Shown piece by piece: positions 1 to 7,773 of a stretch of 64,000 nt of DNA (the first letter of the stretch is position 1; every line of letters starts with the position of its first letter). The stretch comes from Paenibacillus sp. (GTDB lineage: Bacteria; Bacillota; Bacilli; Paenibacillales; YIM-B00363). The DNA is taken from positions 11,848 to 75,847 of the forward strand of contig JBEPYM010000003.1 of NCBI GenBank assembly GCA_041641375.1, in the 5' to 3' direction. The translations under genes and the position numbers were made by a program. A model generated the notes under the pieces. It searched no databases. It was not told the DNA's origin and saw nothing but the letters and a program-made list of their open reading frames with translations.

Positions 1-315
1 TGGCCGCTTGCCGGAAATCGCCCCGAACACCGCGGGATAGTCATTCTCTAATTGCTTGCCGAATTGTCGAAAAGATTCCAATGACGTAGTTTGTACTTGA
101 GACTCTGAGAGTGCCCGAGTCAAGCTTCTTCGAACATAAAAGGTTGGAGTACCTTCAGCAGGCACAAACAAATAGCCGGTTTGCATAGAACCGGCTAAAT
201 AATAAATACCAACATTCTGTGAAATCAAGCAGCCGCTTAATCCATTCTCGATCAAGCTGCGCTGCAGCCGCATTTGACGGTTGTTCCATTCTGCTTGCTG
301 TGGAAAATTAAGCAT
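1..315 (-). CDS. Xaa-Pro peptidase (M24) family protein, N-terminal part (runs off window)
   Basis: Manual translation from ATG 315 (RBS-like AGGGG): MLNFPQQAEWNNRQMRLQRSLIENGLSGCLISQNVGIIYLAGSMQTGYLFVPAEG..., resembling a creatinase/prolidase N-domain; frame open to window edge. Confidence 0.65.
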   Translation of the reverse strand, partial: MLNFPQQAEWNNRQMRLQRSLIENGLSGCLISQNVGIYYLAGSMQTGYLFVPAEGTPTFYVRRSLTRALSESQVQTTSLESFRQFGKQLENDYPAVFGAISGKRP

Positions 316-397
316 TCTGTGAGCACCCCTTTAACGTCCTAACACTTGATCTCATTAGATCAAAAGAACAGGGGAACGTCAATAATTCTTAAAAGTC

Positions 398-880
398 TCA
401 ATACACTAATTGCGCTGTCCCTTTCAAATCCCATTTAACAGGAGCTAACACACCGAATAGCCGCGGATAAATGACATGAATAATCAATACAACACCCGGT
501 CGATCAAGCGTAACTTCATATCCGTAAAGAGAATTACGGTAGGTATAAGGAAAATCTATCTCGTCGTTAATCACTTCAAATACGCGTACTGCAACCCGAT
601 CTCTTAGGAAGCTGCCCGGAACCGGATTTAGCTCAGCATCTAACGACAAATTCTCACGGAGATAGACTATTAAAGCTTCTTCAGCCTTCTCTCCTTTAAT
701 CGATAACACACCAAGTTCAAGCTTTTCCCGATCCAGCTGCTGCGCGGCCGCATGCGCTGCACGATCCACAGCTCTCTTGGCCTCGTGTACCGTACCCATT
801 GCCAGTTCCTCATCCATCTGCAAGGCATGAAGCATCCACCAGATGACGATCATCAGCACGCTGAACACTAGCTTGGCCAT
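398..880 (-). CDS. TadE/TadG-like pilus assembly protein
   Basis: N-terminal TM helix then 'AKRAVDRAAHAAAQQ' Tad-like helix; last gene of the tad-like operon. Confidence 0.6.
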   Translation of the reverse strand: MAKLVFSVLMIVIWWMLHALQMDEELAMGTVHEAKRAVDRAAHAAAQQLDREKLELGVLSIKGEKAEEALIVYLRENLSLDAELNPVPGSFLRDRVAVRVFEVINDEIDFPYTYRNSLYGYEVTLDRPGVVLIIHVIYPRLFGVLAPVKWDLKGTAQLVY

Positions 881-898
881 AAAAGACCGACTCCTTCA

Positions 899-1324
899 TC
901 AAGGCACAAACTCGCTCATCTTCATCCCGCCGCCGGCAATTCTAGCATGATCGGGAGGCGGCTCTAATCCGATTAAACGGTCGATATTCAGTAAATTTTC
1001 GTAGGGATAAGTAATCATTAACCGAATTCCGACTCCCCGCGGCAGAGGAGCTGCAGCATTATCCCCTTCTGCTCCGGAGGTTGAGGAAATGTCGTATTGA
1101 AGTAATGGGGAAGAAAACCCATACTGAGCTAAACGTATCCGAGATTCCGCGACCATAGTGCCATCAATATAGCCATAGCGACCGCTGGCACCTATTTCTA
1201 GCAAATAATCAACCTCTTGCTGGAGCAAGGCTTGGCGGATGACTAACACATGCTTATAAATGGGAGAAAACATTAGCCAGCAAAAAAGAGCGGCAAACAT
1301 GACGAACACCAGCAGTTGCTTCAC
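899..1324 (-). CDS. TadE-like pseudopilin / membrane protein
   Basis: N-terminal hydrophobic helix; start overlaps upstream stop; operon context. Confidence 0.55.
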   Translation of the reverse strand: MKQLLVFVMFAALFCWLMFSPIYKHVLVIRQALLQQEVDYLLEIGASGRYGYIDGTMVAESRIRLAQYGFSSPLLQYDISSTSGAEGDNAAAPLPRGVGIRLMITYPYENLLNIDRLIGLEPPPDHARIAGGGMKMSEFVP

Positions 1325-1467
1325 GGACTCAAACGGGAAATGTGATCTGCCATTCTAGTCCCTGATTCATTGATCCGGCTATTCGTTCCGTCATTGCCTT
1401 GGGCGATTTGCATGTAAAGAAATACAACAGTCACAACCATCAGCATCGTCATCAGAAGCTGTCGCAT
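1321..1467 (-). CDS. Small Flp-pilin-like protein (48 aa)
   Basis: RBS AAAGGAG before ATG 1467; MRQLLMTMLMVVTVVFLYMQIAQGNDGTNSRI...; similar to the 1490-1639 protein. Confidence 0.6.
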   Translation of the reverse strand: MRQLLMTMLMVVTVVFLYMQIAQGNDGTNSRINESGTRMADHISRLSP

Positions 1468-1489
1468 CAAACTATTCTCCTTTCTGCTA

Positions 1490-1639
1490 CTAGGGCTGTA
1501 AACTTCCGAGAGTCGTGTTTGCCGTTGATCCATGAGTTTCTATGCGCGCACGTGTACCTGTATTGTCCTGAGCAACAATGGTGTTGAACATAAGCGCTAC
1601 TACGATAAGCATCATAACAGTGATAAGAATGTTCCTCAT
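1490..1639 (-). CDS. Small Flp-pilin-like protein (49 aa), not in ORF track
   Basis: RBS GGGAGG before ATG 1639; MRNILITVMMLIVVALMFNTIVAQDNTGTRARIETHGSTANTTLGSLQP*. Confidence 0.65.
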   Translation of the reverse strand: MRNILITVMMLIVVALMFNTIVAQDNTGTRARIETHGSTANTTLGSLQP

Positions 1640-1654
1640 CCGATAACCTCCCTT

Positions 1655-2548
1655 CTAAGGATTGAGAGCATCAAAAAGCTTGGCAGCCTCTTGAACCCAG
1701 GGGTAAAGAAAAATTTGAAAAGTATATAGAATGGGAATACCCGCGAGTACAAATAAAAGATAGGAGGTCGTTTCTTTGCGTGTGTCTTTGGAAAGCTCTA
1801 TCTGAGCTTTGTAATCTTTGACAACTTCTCTCAGCAAATCGTATATTTCTTGGCTTTCGTTCAGACGGAGTGAACGCATGCTCTCGGCAAATCCATAAGC
1901 TTCATCCGTTCCAAGCCGCTCCTTAAAACGTTTCAGAGCCGTATCCGCATCATGGTACCATTCATTCAGAAGCAACCCCATCTCAGCACGGATGTGCCTA
2001 GTCAGAGGCAGACATTTCATAAGCTTGCCATGCAGGTGAAGTCTAGAGCCTGTATAGTAGAGGAGCTGGCTGCTGACCGCCACAACTTCAAGCCGAATTC
2101 GATCTGTCCTGTATCTACGTGCGGATTGAAGCCACATCCGATCACATAAAGCAATTACAACGAAAAGCGATAGAATAAAGATAACGTTCCATGACAGCAG
2201 AAAGGAAAAAGTTCCGTTACGCCCCAACATATAGACAACAATACCAATCACAGGAAAAATCGTTAATAAACATCGCCTATAAGCCAAATAAACTTCCGGC
2301 TGCAAACGAATACCGCAGCCTGCCAACAGTACACGTCGCTCCTGCAGGCTTATGCTCTCCCTGTCCGTATGCCAAATTCGCAGCCACCAACGCGGCGTCT
2401 GTTTATAATGCCAGTTTCGAAGGTGAATTCTCCATCTATTGTGAGGAACGAATGACAACTTCAAGATTATTGTGAGCCCTATAAAAATAAGCCCGAACTG
2501 AACGAATCCCCCAATTCCGACAATGAGAATCTGGATGTTATCCGTCAC
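1655..2548 (-). CDS. tadC: TadC-like inner-membrane platform protein
   Basis: Multi-TM protein with T2SS-F-like layout, second of two membrane genes after the ATPase. Confidence 0.6.
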   Translation of the reverse strand: MTDNIQILIVGIGGFVQFGLIFIGLTIILKLSFVPHNRWRIHLRNWHYKQTPRWWLRIWHTDRESISLQERRVLLAGCGIRLQPEVYLAYRRCLLTIFPVIGIVVYMLGRNGTFSFLLSWNVIFILSLFVVIALCDRMWLQSARRYRTDRIRLEVVAVSSQLLYYTGSRLHLHGKLMKCLPLTRHIRAEMGLLLNEWYHDADTALKRFKERLGTDEAYGFAESMRSLRLNESQEIYDLLREVVKDYKAQIELSKDTRKETTSYLLFVLAGIPILYTFQIFLYPWVQEAAKLFDALNP

Positions 2549-2569
2549 ATTCAGTCCTCCTCTTCAGTA

Positions 2570-3505
2570 TCATATTTTCCTCCTGGACAAATAGAGCCCC
2601 ATGATCAAGGATCCAAATAACAGCACAACAGAATTGAGCACCATTCCTCTTCCCGCAGCATCCATCATATAATACTTGTAGCTCTGTTCGGGATTAAGCC
2701 GAAAGTTAATGCCGAGAAATAGTGCCAAGAAAAGGATCGGTGCAAAGTTAGCCATCCGAATTTCCAGCAAACGATGCCGCTCTAGCTGATTCGCTAATTG
2801 TGACCGGCGCATATCAGATATAAGTTCCTTCAGATTATCTGCAACATTATTTCCTTCTTCGAGTGCCACCTTAAGGATGCTGCCGAAATAGTCCGACCAT
2901 AGATGCCCGAAGGATAAGGAAAACCGACGCAAGCTCCCCTCATCATCTCCTCTCACGGATAAATTGCGATAAAGCTGGTCGAATACGGCCTGTACTTCCC
3001 CAGGGAGCCGACGTTCCTCTACCGTTTTCTGTAAAGCAATCCGAACATGACGGCATCCTGTGACGAGATAACATTGATAGAAGAGCTCCATCGCAGGAAG
3101 AAATTCTAGTCTTGTCGCCATTTGTCGGTTAATTAAAGACATGCGAAGCCCTAAATAGGGGAGGCATCCCAGAATAAGAAATAGTATGACGACAGAACGA
3201 AAGGACTGGAACACGACCACCCCCAATGCGATACCGGTTAAACCCATACCAACGGAAATAAGAGCAAACTCTCTAGGCTGGATCCGCCACCCTAATGCCA
3301 ATAGCAAATCAAATATATGCTGATGAGGCTTACTTAGCCGTGTAAGCTGGTGCGATAAATCAAGATTCCAACGCGCATCCTTATTTGCGTTCAACCGGTG
3401 CTTCCGTGATTGTAAATCCCACCAAGTGATTAGACTAATGCGAAAACTCACATATAATAACAGAAATAGAACTCCAATTAGCGATAGAATAGCAGCATTT
3501 AGCAT
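2570..3505 (-). CDS. tadB: TadB-like inner-membrane platform protein
   Basis: T2SS-F-like segment 'ILKVALEEGNNVADNLKELISDMR'; overlaps the cpaF stop codon. Confidence 0.65.
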   Translation of the reverse strand: MLNAAILSLIGVLFLLLYVSFRISLITWWDLQSRKHRLNANKDARWNLDLSHQLTRLSKPHQHIFDLLLALGWRIQPREFALISVGMGLTGIALGVVVFQSFRSVVILFLILGCLPYLGLRMSLINRQMATRLEFLPAMELFYQCYLVTGCRHVRIALQKTVEERRLPGEVQAVFDQLYRNLSVRGDDEGSLRRFSLSFGHLWSDYFGSILKVALEEGNNVADNLKELISDMRRSQLANQLERHRLLEIRMANFAPILFLALFLGINFRLNPEQSYKYYMMDAAGRGMVLNSVVLLFGSLIMGLYLSRRKI

Positions 3506-3914
3506 GTTTCACCCCCTTTCCCTGCCGCTATATTCCGATAGCCTTCCGGGTCAAGCCTAAATATTCTTTGAGAAGCTTTATTTGAGAAAAATTCCGGAAA
3601 TAGCCACCGCCCCGAAGCTTCCTCAAAGCGGACTAATTCCCTTACCTTAATCCCTTCTGTACTCCATTCGTATTCCCCGACACGTACGAGCTTTCGATCA
3701 CCACCCAGCATTCGCATTTCCATTCCGATGTGCGTGACTTGCTCCGTTATGCGCCTAGTCATCGTTATGGGATTCATCCCCCTTCCATCTAACATGCACA
3801 TATCCGTAATGGTTTCGGGGACATCCTCCAAGCTATTGGCATGTACGGAGGTGATGCTGCCCTCATGTCCGCGCGTGCATGCCCTCACATAAATATTGGC
3901 ATCCTCATCCCGTA
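3499..3914 (-). pseudogene. cpaF: 3' fragment of prophage-interrupted CpaF/TadA ATPase
   Basis: Frame reads IRDEDANIYVRACTRGHEGSITSVHAN (His-box of TadA/VirB11 ATPases) right up to the phage boundary. Confidence 0.92.
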
Positions 3915-3935
3915 TTACCTTGTTATATTAAAAGA
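3895..3935. other. Left prophage attachment junction (core TT 3915-3916, phage arm 3917-3935)
   Basis: ACCTTGTTATATTAAAAGA is a 16/19 inverted match to the arm at 50314-50332; host coding frame ends here. Confidence 0.9.
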
Positions 3936-3970
3936 TTCGTATAAACATCTTTCCTTCTATTATAAATGCA

Positions 3971-4000
3971 AAACAAAAACAGCCACACATACCCGGCTGC
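3971..4000 (-). terminator. Intrinsic terminator of phage left-end operon
   Basis: Minus strand GCAGCC-loop-GGCTGT followed by TTTTGTTTT. Confidence 0.55.
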
Positions 4001-4186
4001 TCATTCACTCAATATCACATTACCATCTCTATATACATCTATGAAATATGATTGTCCGGACGGAAGAGTTATTTTACACACCATATATTCGTATTTCGTC
4101 CCGGACCTTCCGAACGTCTCTAGCTTGCCTAATGTGTTCAAGTGTTCGTATGCTTCTTCTACGGTTGGATATTTGCGGGATTTCAT
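4001..4186 (-). CDS. Small phage protein at att end; candidate recombination directionality factor
   Basis: 61 aa, start overlaps upstream stop; RDF role is positional inference only. Confidence 0.5.
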   Translation of the reverse strand: MKSRKYPTVEEAYEHLNTLGKLETFGRSGTKYEYMVCKITLPSGQSYFIDVYRDGNVILSE

Positions 4187-4563
4187 TGGCGTAGTTGTTG
4201 GAGTGCTTCTTCTGAAATATTGCCGGACATCATAAGCATTAACTCTGCATCTTCGCCCTTCACATCAAGGTAAGCATTTTTAAATACTTTTTCCAAAGCC
4301 TCCTCTGCTATCTCTAAACGGGATAGGAGGTACTCCGCATCACTATGGAATGTGTTTGCTAAATCAAACGCAGAGTCGTAAGGAATTACACTTCCTGGCT
4401 TCAATCGTGCCTTTATCTCATCTATCCTCGACATCCTCTCACCCTCCTCTATAATCTTCCTCATCCCGGCCGGCAACTCTTCCGTTAATAGTTCCTTTGC
4501 TTGATCGGGTGTTAGCTTAGTCTTTCCTATGTCGTGGAGTATGTAGATTTTATTTGGTTCCAT
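4183..4563 (-). CDS. Phage hypothetical protein
   Basis: RBS AAGGAG; operon context. Confidence 0.55.
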   Translation of the reverse strand: MEPNKIYILHDIGKTKLTPDQAKELLTEELPAGMRKIIEEGERMSRIDEIKARLKPGSVIPYDSAFDLANTFHSDAEYLLSRLEIAEEALEKVFKNAYLDVKGEDAELMLMMSGNISEEALQQLRQ

Positions 4564-4576
4564 GTGGGGGCTCCTT

Positions 4577-4783
4577 TTAGGTAATAGAATCTACTTCACC
4601 CATTCCGAAAATAGGGTTACGTTTTAGTTTTGGAAAGTAGTTTAAGTTTGACCGTTTGCAATCTGCGCATTCTCCCGAAAGGACAAGAGAATCAAAACTT
4701 TTCATAGCTTCTTTAATGTCCGTGTGATCGGTGAATCCCATGCAATGTTTACAGAACCATTTTGGGTGGTCTAGTTCTTCCAT
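4577..4783 (-). CDS. Small phage zinc-ribbon protein
   Basis: CxxC...CxxC, RBS AGAGGA. Confidence 0.55.
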   Translation of the reverse strand: MEELDHPKWFCKHCMGFTDHTDIKEAMKSFDSLVLSGECADCKRSNLNYFPKLKRNPIFGMGEVDSIT

Positions 4784-4813
4784 CTTCTCACATCCTCTTT
4801 AGATTGGGGGGGA

Positions 4814-4996
4814 TTAAATAAGTGACTTAAATTCATTCAGACAATCGTCACACATTCTAATCGATATTGTCGTTCCTTCCATTACGGTAACTTCGTCATA
4901 AGGATATTTTAATCCCATACCGTCTTCATTAATCTTGCCTCTGCTACAACAATTGCAACTATGAAAGTCTTTGATATTTCCGCGATATACCTTCAC
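4814..4996 (-). CDS. Small phage zinc-binding protein
   Basis: CNCC...CDDC; coupled to upstream gene. Confidence 0.55.
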   Translation of the reverse strand: MKVYRGNIKDFHSCNCCSRGKINEDGMGLKYPYDEVTVMEGTTISIRMCDDCLNEFKSLI

Positions 4997-5190
4997 TCTT
5001 GTTCATCTCCTCTTATTGGGGTTGAAGGTAAGTTCCGCGACTTCCTCATTTCCGCCATCCAATATTCTTTCGTCAGCTCTGTAAACTTACCGTGCGGTAG
5101 TCGCTGCAACCACTTATAAAGCTTCATTTCCTCTGAATCGCTCTTTATGAACGACACCTGTTTAAGCGCATATTCTTTCGGTCTAGCCAA
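4993..5190 (-). CDS. Small DNA-binding protein, possibly ribbon-helix-helix (CopG/ParR-like)
   Basis: TTG start after GAGGTG; strand-like 'KQVSF' then two helices; divergent from the RNA locus at 5305-6000. Confidence 0.45.
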   Translation of the reverse strand: MARPKEYALKQVSFIKSDSEEMKLYKWLQRLPHGKFTELTKEYWMAEMRKSRNLPSTPIRGDEQE

Positions 5191-5304
5191 TGAGATCACC
5201 TCTGTAATTCCATTATACTATGACTATTTATATAATTCAATAAATATACCAATGGTCTAGTTGGCTCATAAGGTTTCGTATACATTTGTATACCTATTTT
5301 TCTA

Positions 5305-5333
5305 TTGTCATAACCTAGCGAATCCTGTATAAT
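5305..5333 (+). promoter_or_regulatory. SigA-type promoter for long sense RNA
   Basis: TTGTCA (5305-5310), 17 bp, TATAAT (5328-5333). Confidence 0.75.
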
Positions 5334-5341
5334 GATGGTAA

Positions 5342-5415
5342 TAAAATAAATGAACCGCCCCCTATAGCGAGAGGACGGTTCGTGCCGATAACCTATGACG
5401 AGGTATCTCGGTCTT
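5342..5415 (-). ncRNA. Candidate ~70-nt antisense (countertranscript) RNA
   Basis: Own promoter at 5422-5450; two hairpins; terminator stem 5352-5381 pairs fully (with G-U) only on minus strand, followed by U-rich tail. Confidence 0.6.
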
Positions 5416-5421
5416 GAATAT

Positions 5422-5450
5422 ATTGTAACATAAATTGTTACAGTTTCCAA
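5422..5450 (-). promoter_or_regulatory. SigA-type promoter for antisense RNA, overlapped by palindrome TGTAACA-N5-TGTTACA
   Basis: Minus strand TTGGAA, 17 bp, TACAAT with extended -10 TG; palindrome 5424-5442. Confidence 0.65.
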
Positions 5451-5485
5451 GCCCCTCGTTCAGTAAATGGCGTAGGGGCTTTTAT
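5449..5485 (+). terminator. Intrinsic terminator / attenuator in the leader of the sense RNA
   Basis: AAGCCCCT-CGTT...GGCG-T-AGGGGCTT then TTAT; G-U pairs fit the plus strand. Confidence 0.65.
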
Positions 5486-5489
5486 ATTG

Positions 5490-6000
5490 CTCCTCCAACG
5501 TACGGATGAACGAGAGGTAAGGAACTCGTTTGCTCCAGTTAATGGGAACCTCGTTTTGACCGAGGACTACGGAAACGTAGCTTATTCCTTGTCCGTATAA
5601 AGGCGGACGTTTGTGACCAGAAATCACAGACACAATCCCAGTTAACAACAACAGTATGTGTGACGAGAGTCAGATGGTAATAAGGGAGCAGGGTTTAACC
5701 CTCATGCGGTAAGAAGCACAACCTGGGCGCATCTTCTCTTATTTCTTTCCCCCGCGGGTGGGGATGGTCTTCATGTCTTGTTCTCCGTAACGAGATTAGA
5801 TTAAAGCATCAGCATACCAACGGCGTGAAATGAACCATAAGCTTCGGTGAAGCGTTGGTGAATGAATCGCTAAGCAAGCAGAGCGCGGTAGGCACTAGGG
5901 ATCGAAAGATTGAAAGGAAAGAAAAGAGAGTACCCCATTCGTCAGAATGCGGGGAGGGACAGGGGGAGTTGGGGGAGTGACGGCAAGCGTCCCCCAAGGT
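5490..6000 (+). ncRNA. Candidate large structured non-coding RNA with 3' G-rich tract
   Basis: Nested long-range helices, multibranch junctions, two GAAA tetraloops, no credible ORF. Confidence 0.6.
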
Positions 6001-6055
6001 CTTTACATGGGAGTTCTAAAGAGGGATATGATTCGCGGGATATACCTTTTAAAAC

Positions 6056-6077
6056 AAAAAAAGCCCCCGAAGGGGCT
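6056..6077 (-). terminator. Terminator after endolysin
   Basis: Minus strand AGCCCC-TTCGG-GGGGCT plus T-tract. Confidence 0.7.
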
Positions 6078-6822
6078 ACTTCAAGAATCCTAACCGTCTA
6101 AACTCCGGCTCAAGCAATAAAAGTTGCTTTAGCGCCCATGCTTTCTGAGCATCCGTTACTGGCTCACCATTGTTTTTTCCACGGGACATGTTCTGTAAAT
6201 AAAGAATTTGGTTCGCCATACGATAGGCTAGTTCTTCTTGCTTTTGCGGTGACTCAGCTTGTATGATTTCTTGTTCCAATGTCATGATATCCTCTCTAAT
6301 ACGATTCTCAGAAGTCTGAGGGCAGGCGGTTGGAGACAACTCACGATGACCTTTTATATGCTTAATCGGCAAAACCGCTTTAACGCTTAGTATAGCGGCG
6401 TATAATAATTCTCTCTCGCGCTCAGTTAGGTCATTTCCAGTCAGGTCACGGTTAACCATAATGGCAACGGTGTACGTGTTGTGACCGCCTGTGTGGAAGG
6501 TAAACGAGCGCAGGTCATTAACCTGTTTAATCATCCCTTGATCAATCGCAACGTGGTACGCAATACCGCCGCCCCATTTCCTAGCGTGATGTCTTGCATG
6601 GGACTCTAGAGAGCCGTTAGGAGGGCCGCTATGATGGATTACTATGGTGTCAATATCGTTGGGATCACGAAAACCAGTATGATACGTGCCATCCCATGTA
6701 CCCTTTACGATATTTCGTTTTCTAATCGGTTCCCACGGTGATTTTTTAGGGAGCTGATCGGTGATATCAATAATCTGAGGAATGCTACTCGAAATGTTCG
6801 GTATTAGTTTTAAATTCCTCAT
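6076..6822 (-). CDS. Endolysin, N-acetylmuramoyl-L-alanine amidase (Amidase_2/PGRP)
   Basis: IVIHHS, IAYH, HTGGHN, GHRE...TACP zinc-amidase motifs; likely start ATG 6822 after GGAGG. Confidence 0.85.
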   Translation of the reverse strand: MRNLKLIPNISSSIPQIIDITDQLPKKSPWEPIRKRNIVKGTWDGTYHTGFRDPNDIDTIVIHHSGPPNGSLESHARHHARKWGGGIAYHVAIDQGMIKQVNDLRSFTFHTGGHNTYTVAIMVNRDLTGNDLTERERELLYAAILSVKAVLPIKHIKGHRELSPTACPQTSENRIREDIMTLEQEIIQAESPQKQEELAYRMANQILYLQNMSRGKNNGEPVTDAQKAWALKQLLLLEPEFRRLGFLK

Positions 6823-7591
6823 TTTGTCCTCCTGCATTTTTTGATGCTTGAACAACCGACACGGCGGATTTGCCGAGTATAAACGATACCGCAATACCAA
6901 CGATCACATAGATGTTGTCGGCAGTCATTCCCCATTGATACTCGTCATTTAGAATGATCAGGATAGAGCCGATCAATGACACCCAGAGCTTGCTAGACTT
7001 GAGTTTTTGAATCAATGGAGCAAATTGTCCTACTCCGTTTGTATCAACAACGGATTGACCAAGGATAAAGGACATGAACAAAGAGCCGATACCGATAAGC
7101 GAATCAGCACTCAATGACCATCCTAGCTGCTGATTAAGTACGAGTATCACGGAGCCGATTATTGTCATCCATAATTTCCGCGAAAGCAATTTTGACCTCA
7201 TGCTCATTCTCCTTTGTAACGAATGGTATATTACCTTTAACGGTGTGAAACACTTTGCAAGAATAGCAAGCGCAAATGCCGCCAGTTGCGATGATGATTT
7301 CTTCTGTTGACCATTGGTTCTCATCAGCTCTACGTTTCCAATCTTCGAGTCGGCATCCCATGACACACCCCCTGCGCTCAATAGAGCATCTAATTTACTT
7401 TCAATGCGGATTTGCCTAGCTTGATAATTCAGCACGTCTGACTCGTCCTTGAACAGCCATGGCACACGCCTATTTGCTAATCTCTTGAAATGTTTCGTGC
7501 GGAAAAAATAAATAAGAGCCATCACCAAAGCTGTAGGTGTGACTCCGTATTTGATAAAGGACTCAATGATGCTTAGGAGGTATTCGTACAT
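6785..7591 (-). CDS. Holin-like membrane protein with internal start and duplicated holin domain
   Basis: 'KLLSRKLW..'/'KLKSSKLW..' repeats with 4 TM helices; internal RBS AAAGGAG before MSMRSK (7207/7201); directly upstream of amidase. Confidence 0.7.
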   Translation of the reverse strand: MYEYLLSIIESFIKYGVTPTALVMALIYFFRTKHFKRLANRRVPWLFKDESDVLNYQARQIRIESKLDALLSAGGVSWDADSKIGNVELMRTNGQQKKSSSQLAAFALAILAKCFTPLKVIYHSLQRRMSMRSKLLSRKLWMTIIGSVILVLNQQLGWSLSADSLIGIGSLFMSFILGQSVVDTNGVGQFAPLIQKLKSSKLWVSLIGSILIILNDEYQWGMTADNIYVIVGIAVSFILGKSAVSVVQASKNAGGQNEEFKTNTEHFE

Positions 7592-7725
7592 TCGGGTAAC
7601 TCCCTTTCTTCGATAAAGTCAGGGATAAACTCATAAGCTCCTATGTCCCAAAGTGTTTTAATGTATTTACAGTGTTCTGCGGGACCGTGACAGCATCGGC
7701 AGCATTTCACGACCATCTGGATCAT
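7573..7725 (-). CDS. Small Cys-rich phage protein (50 aa), not in ORF track
   Basis: RBS AAGGAG; MIQMVVKCCRCCHGPAEHCKY... Confidence 0.45.
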   Translation of the reverse strand: MIQMVVKCCRCCHGPAEHCKYIKTLWDIGAYEFIPDFIEERELPECTNTS

Positions 7726-7773
7726 GGCATCACTCCTTTAATAGAAAAGAGCCGCCCTAGTGGACGACTCTTT

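Noticed and set aside
3928-3964. Phage-supplied start that could re-express the cpaF 3' half
   Set aside because: AGAAGGA-ATG is in frame with the 3' fragment but hits TAA after six codons (MFIRIF*)
5196-6101. Short ORFs 5196-5450, 5460-5651, 5809-5997, 5910-6101 as genes (e.g. a Rep protein)
   Set aside because: No convincing RBS or domain; they overlap promoters, terminators and RNA stems
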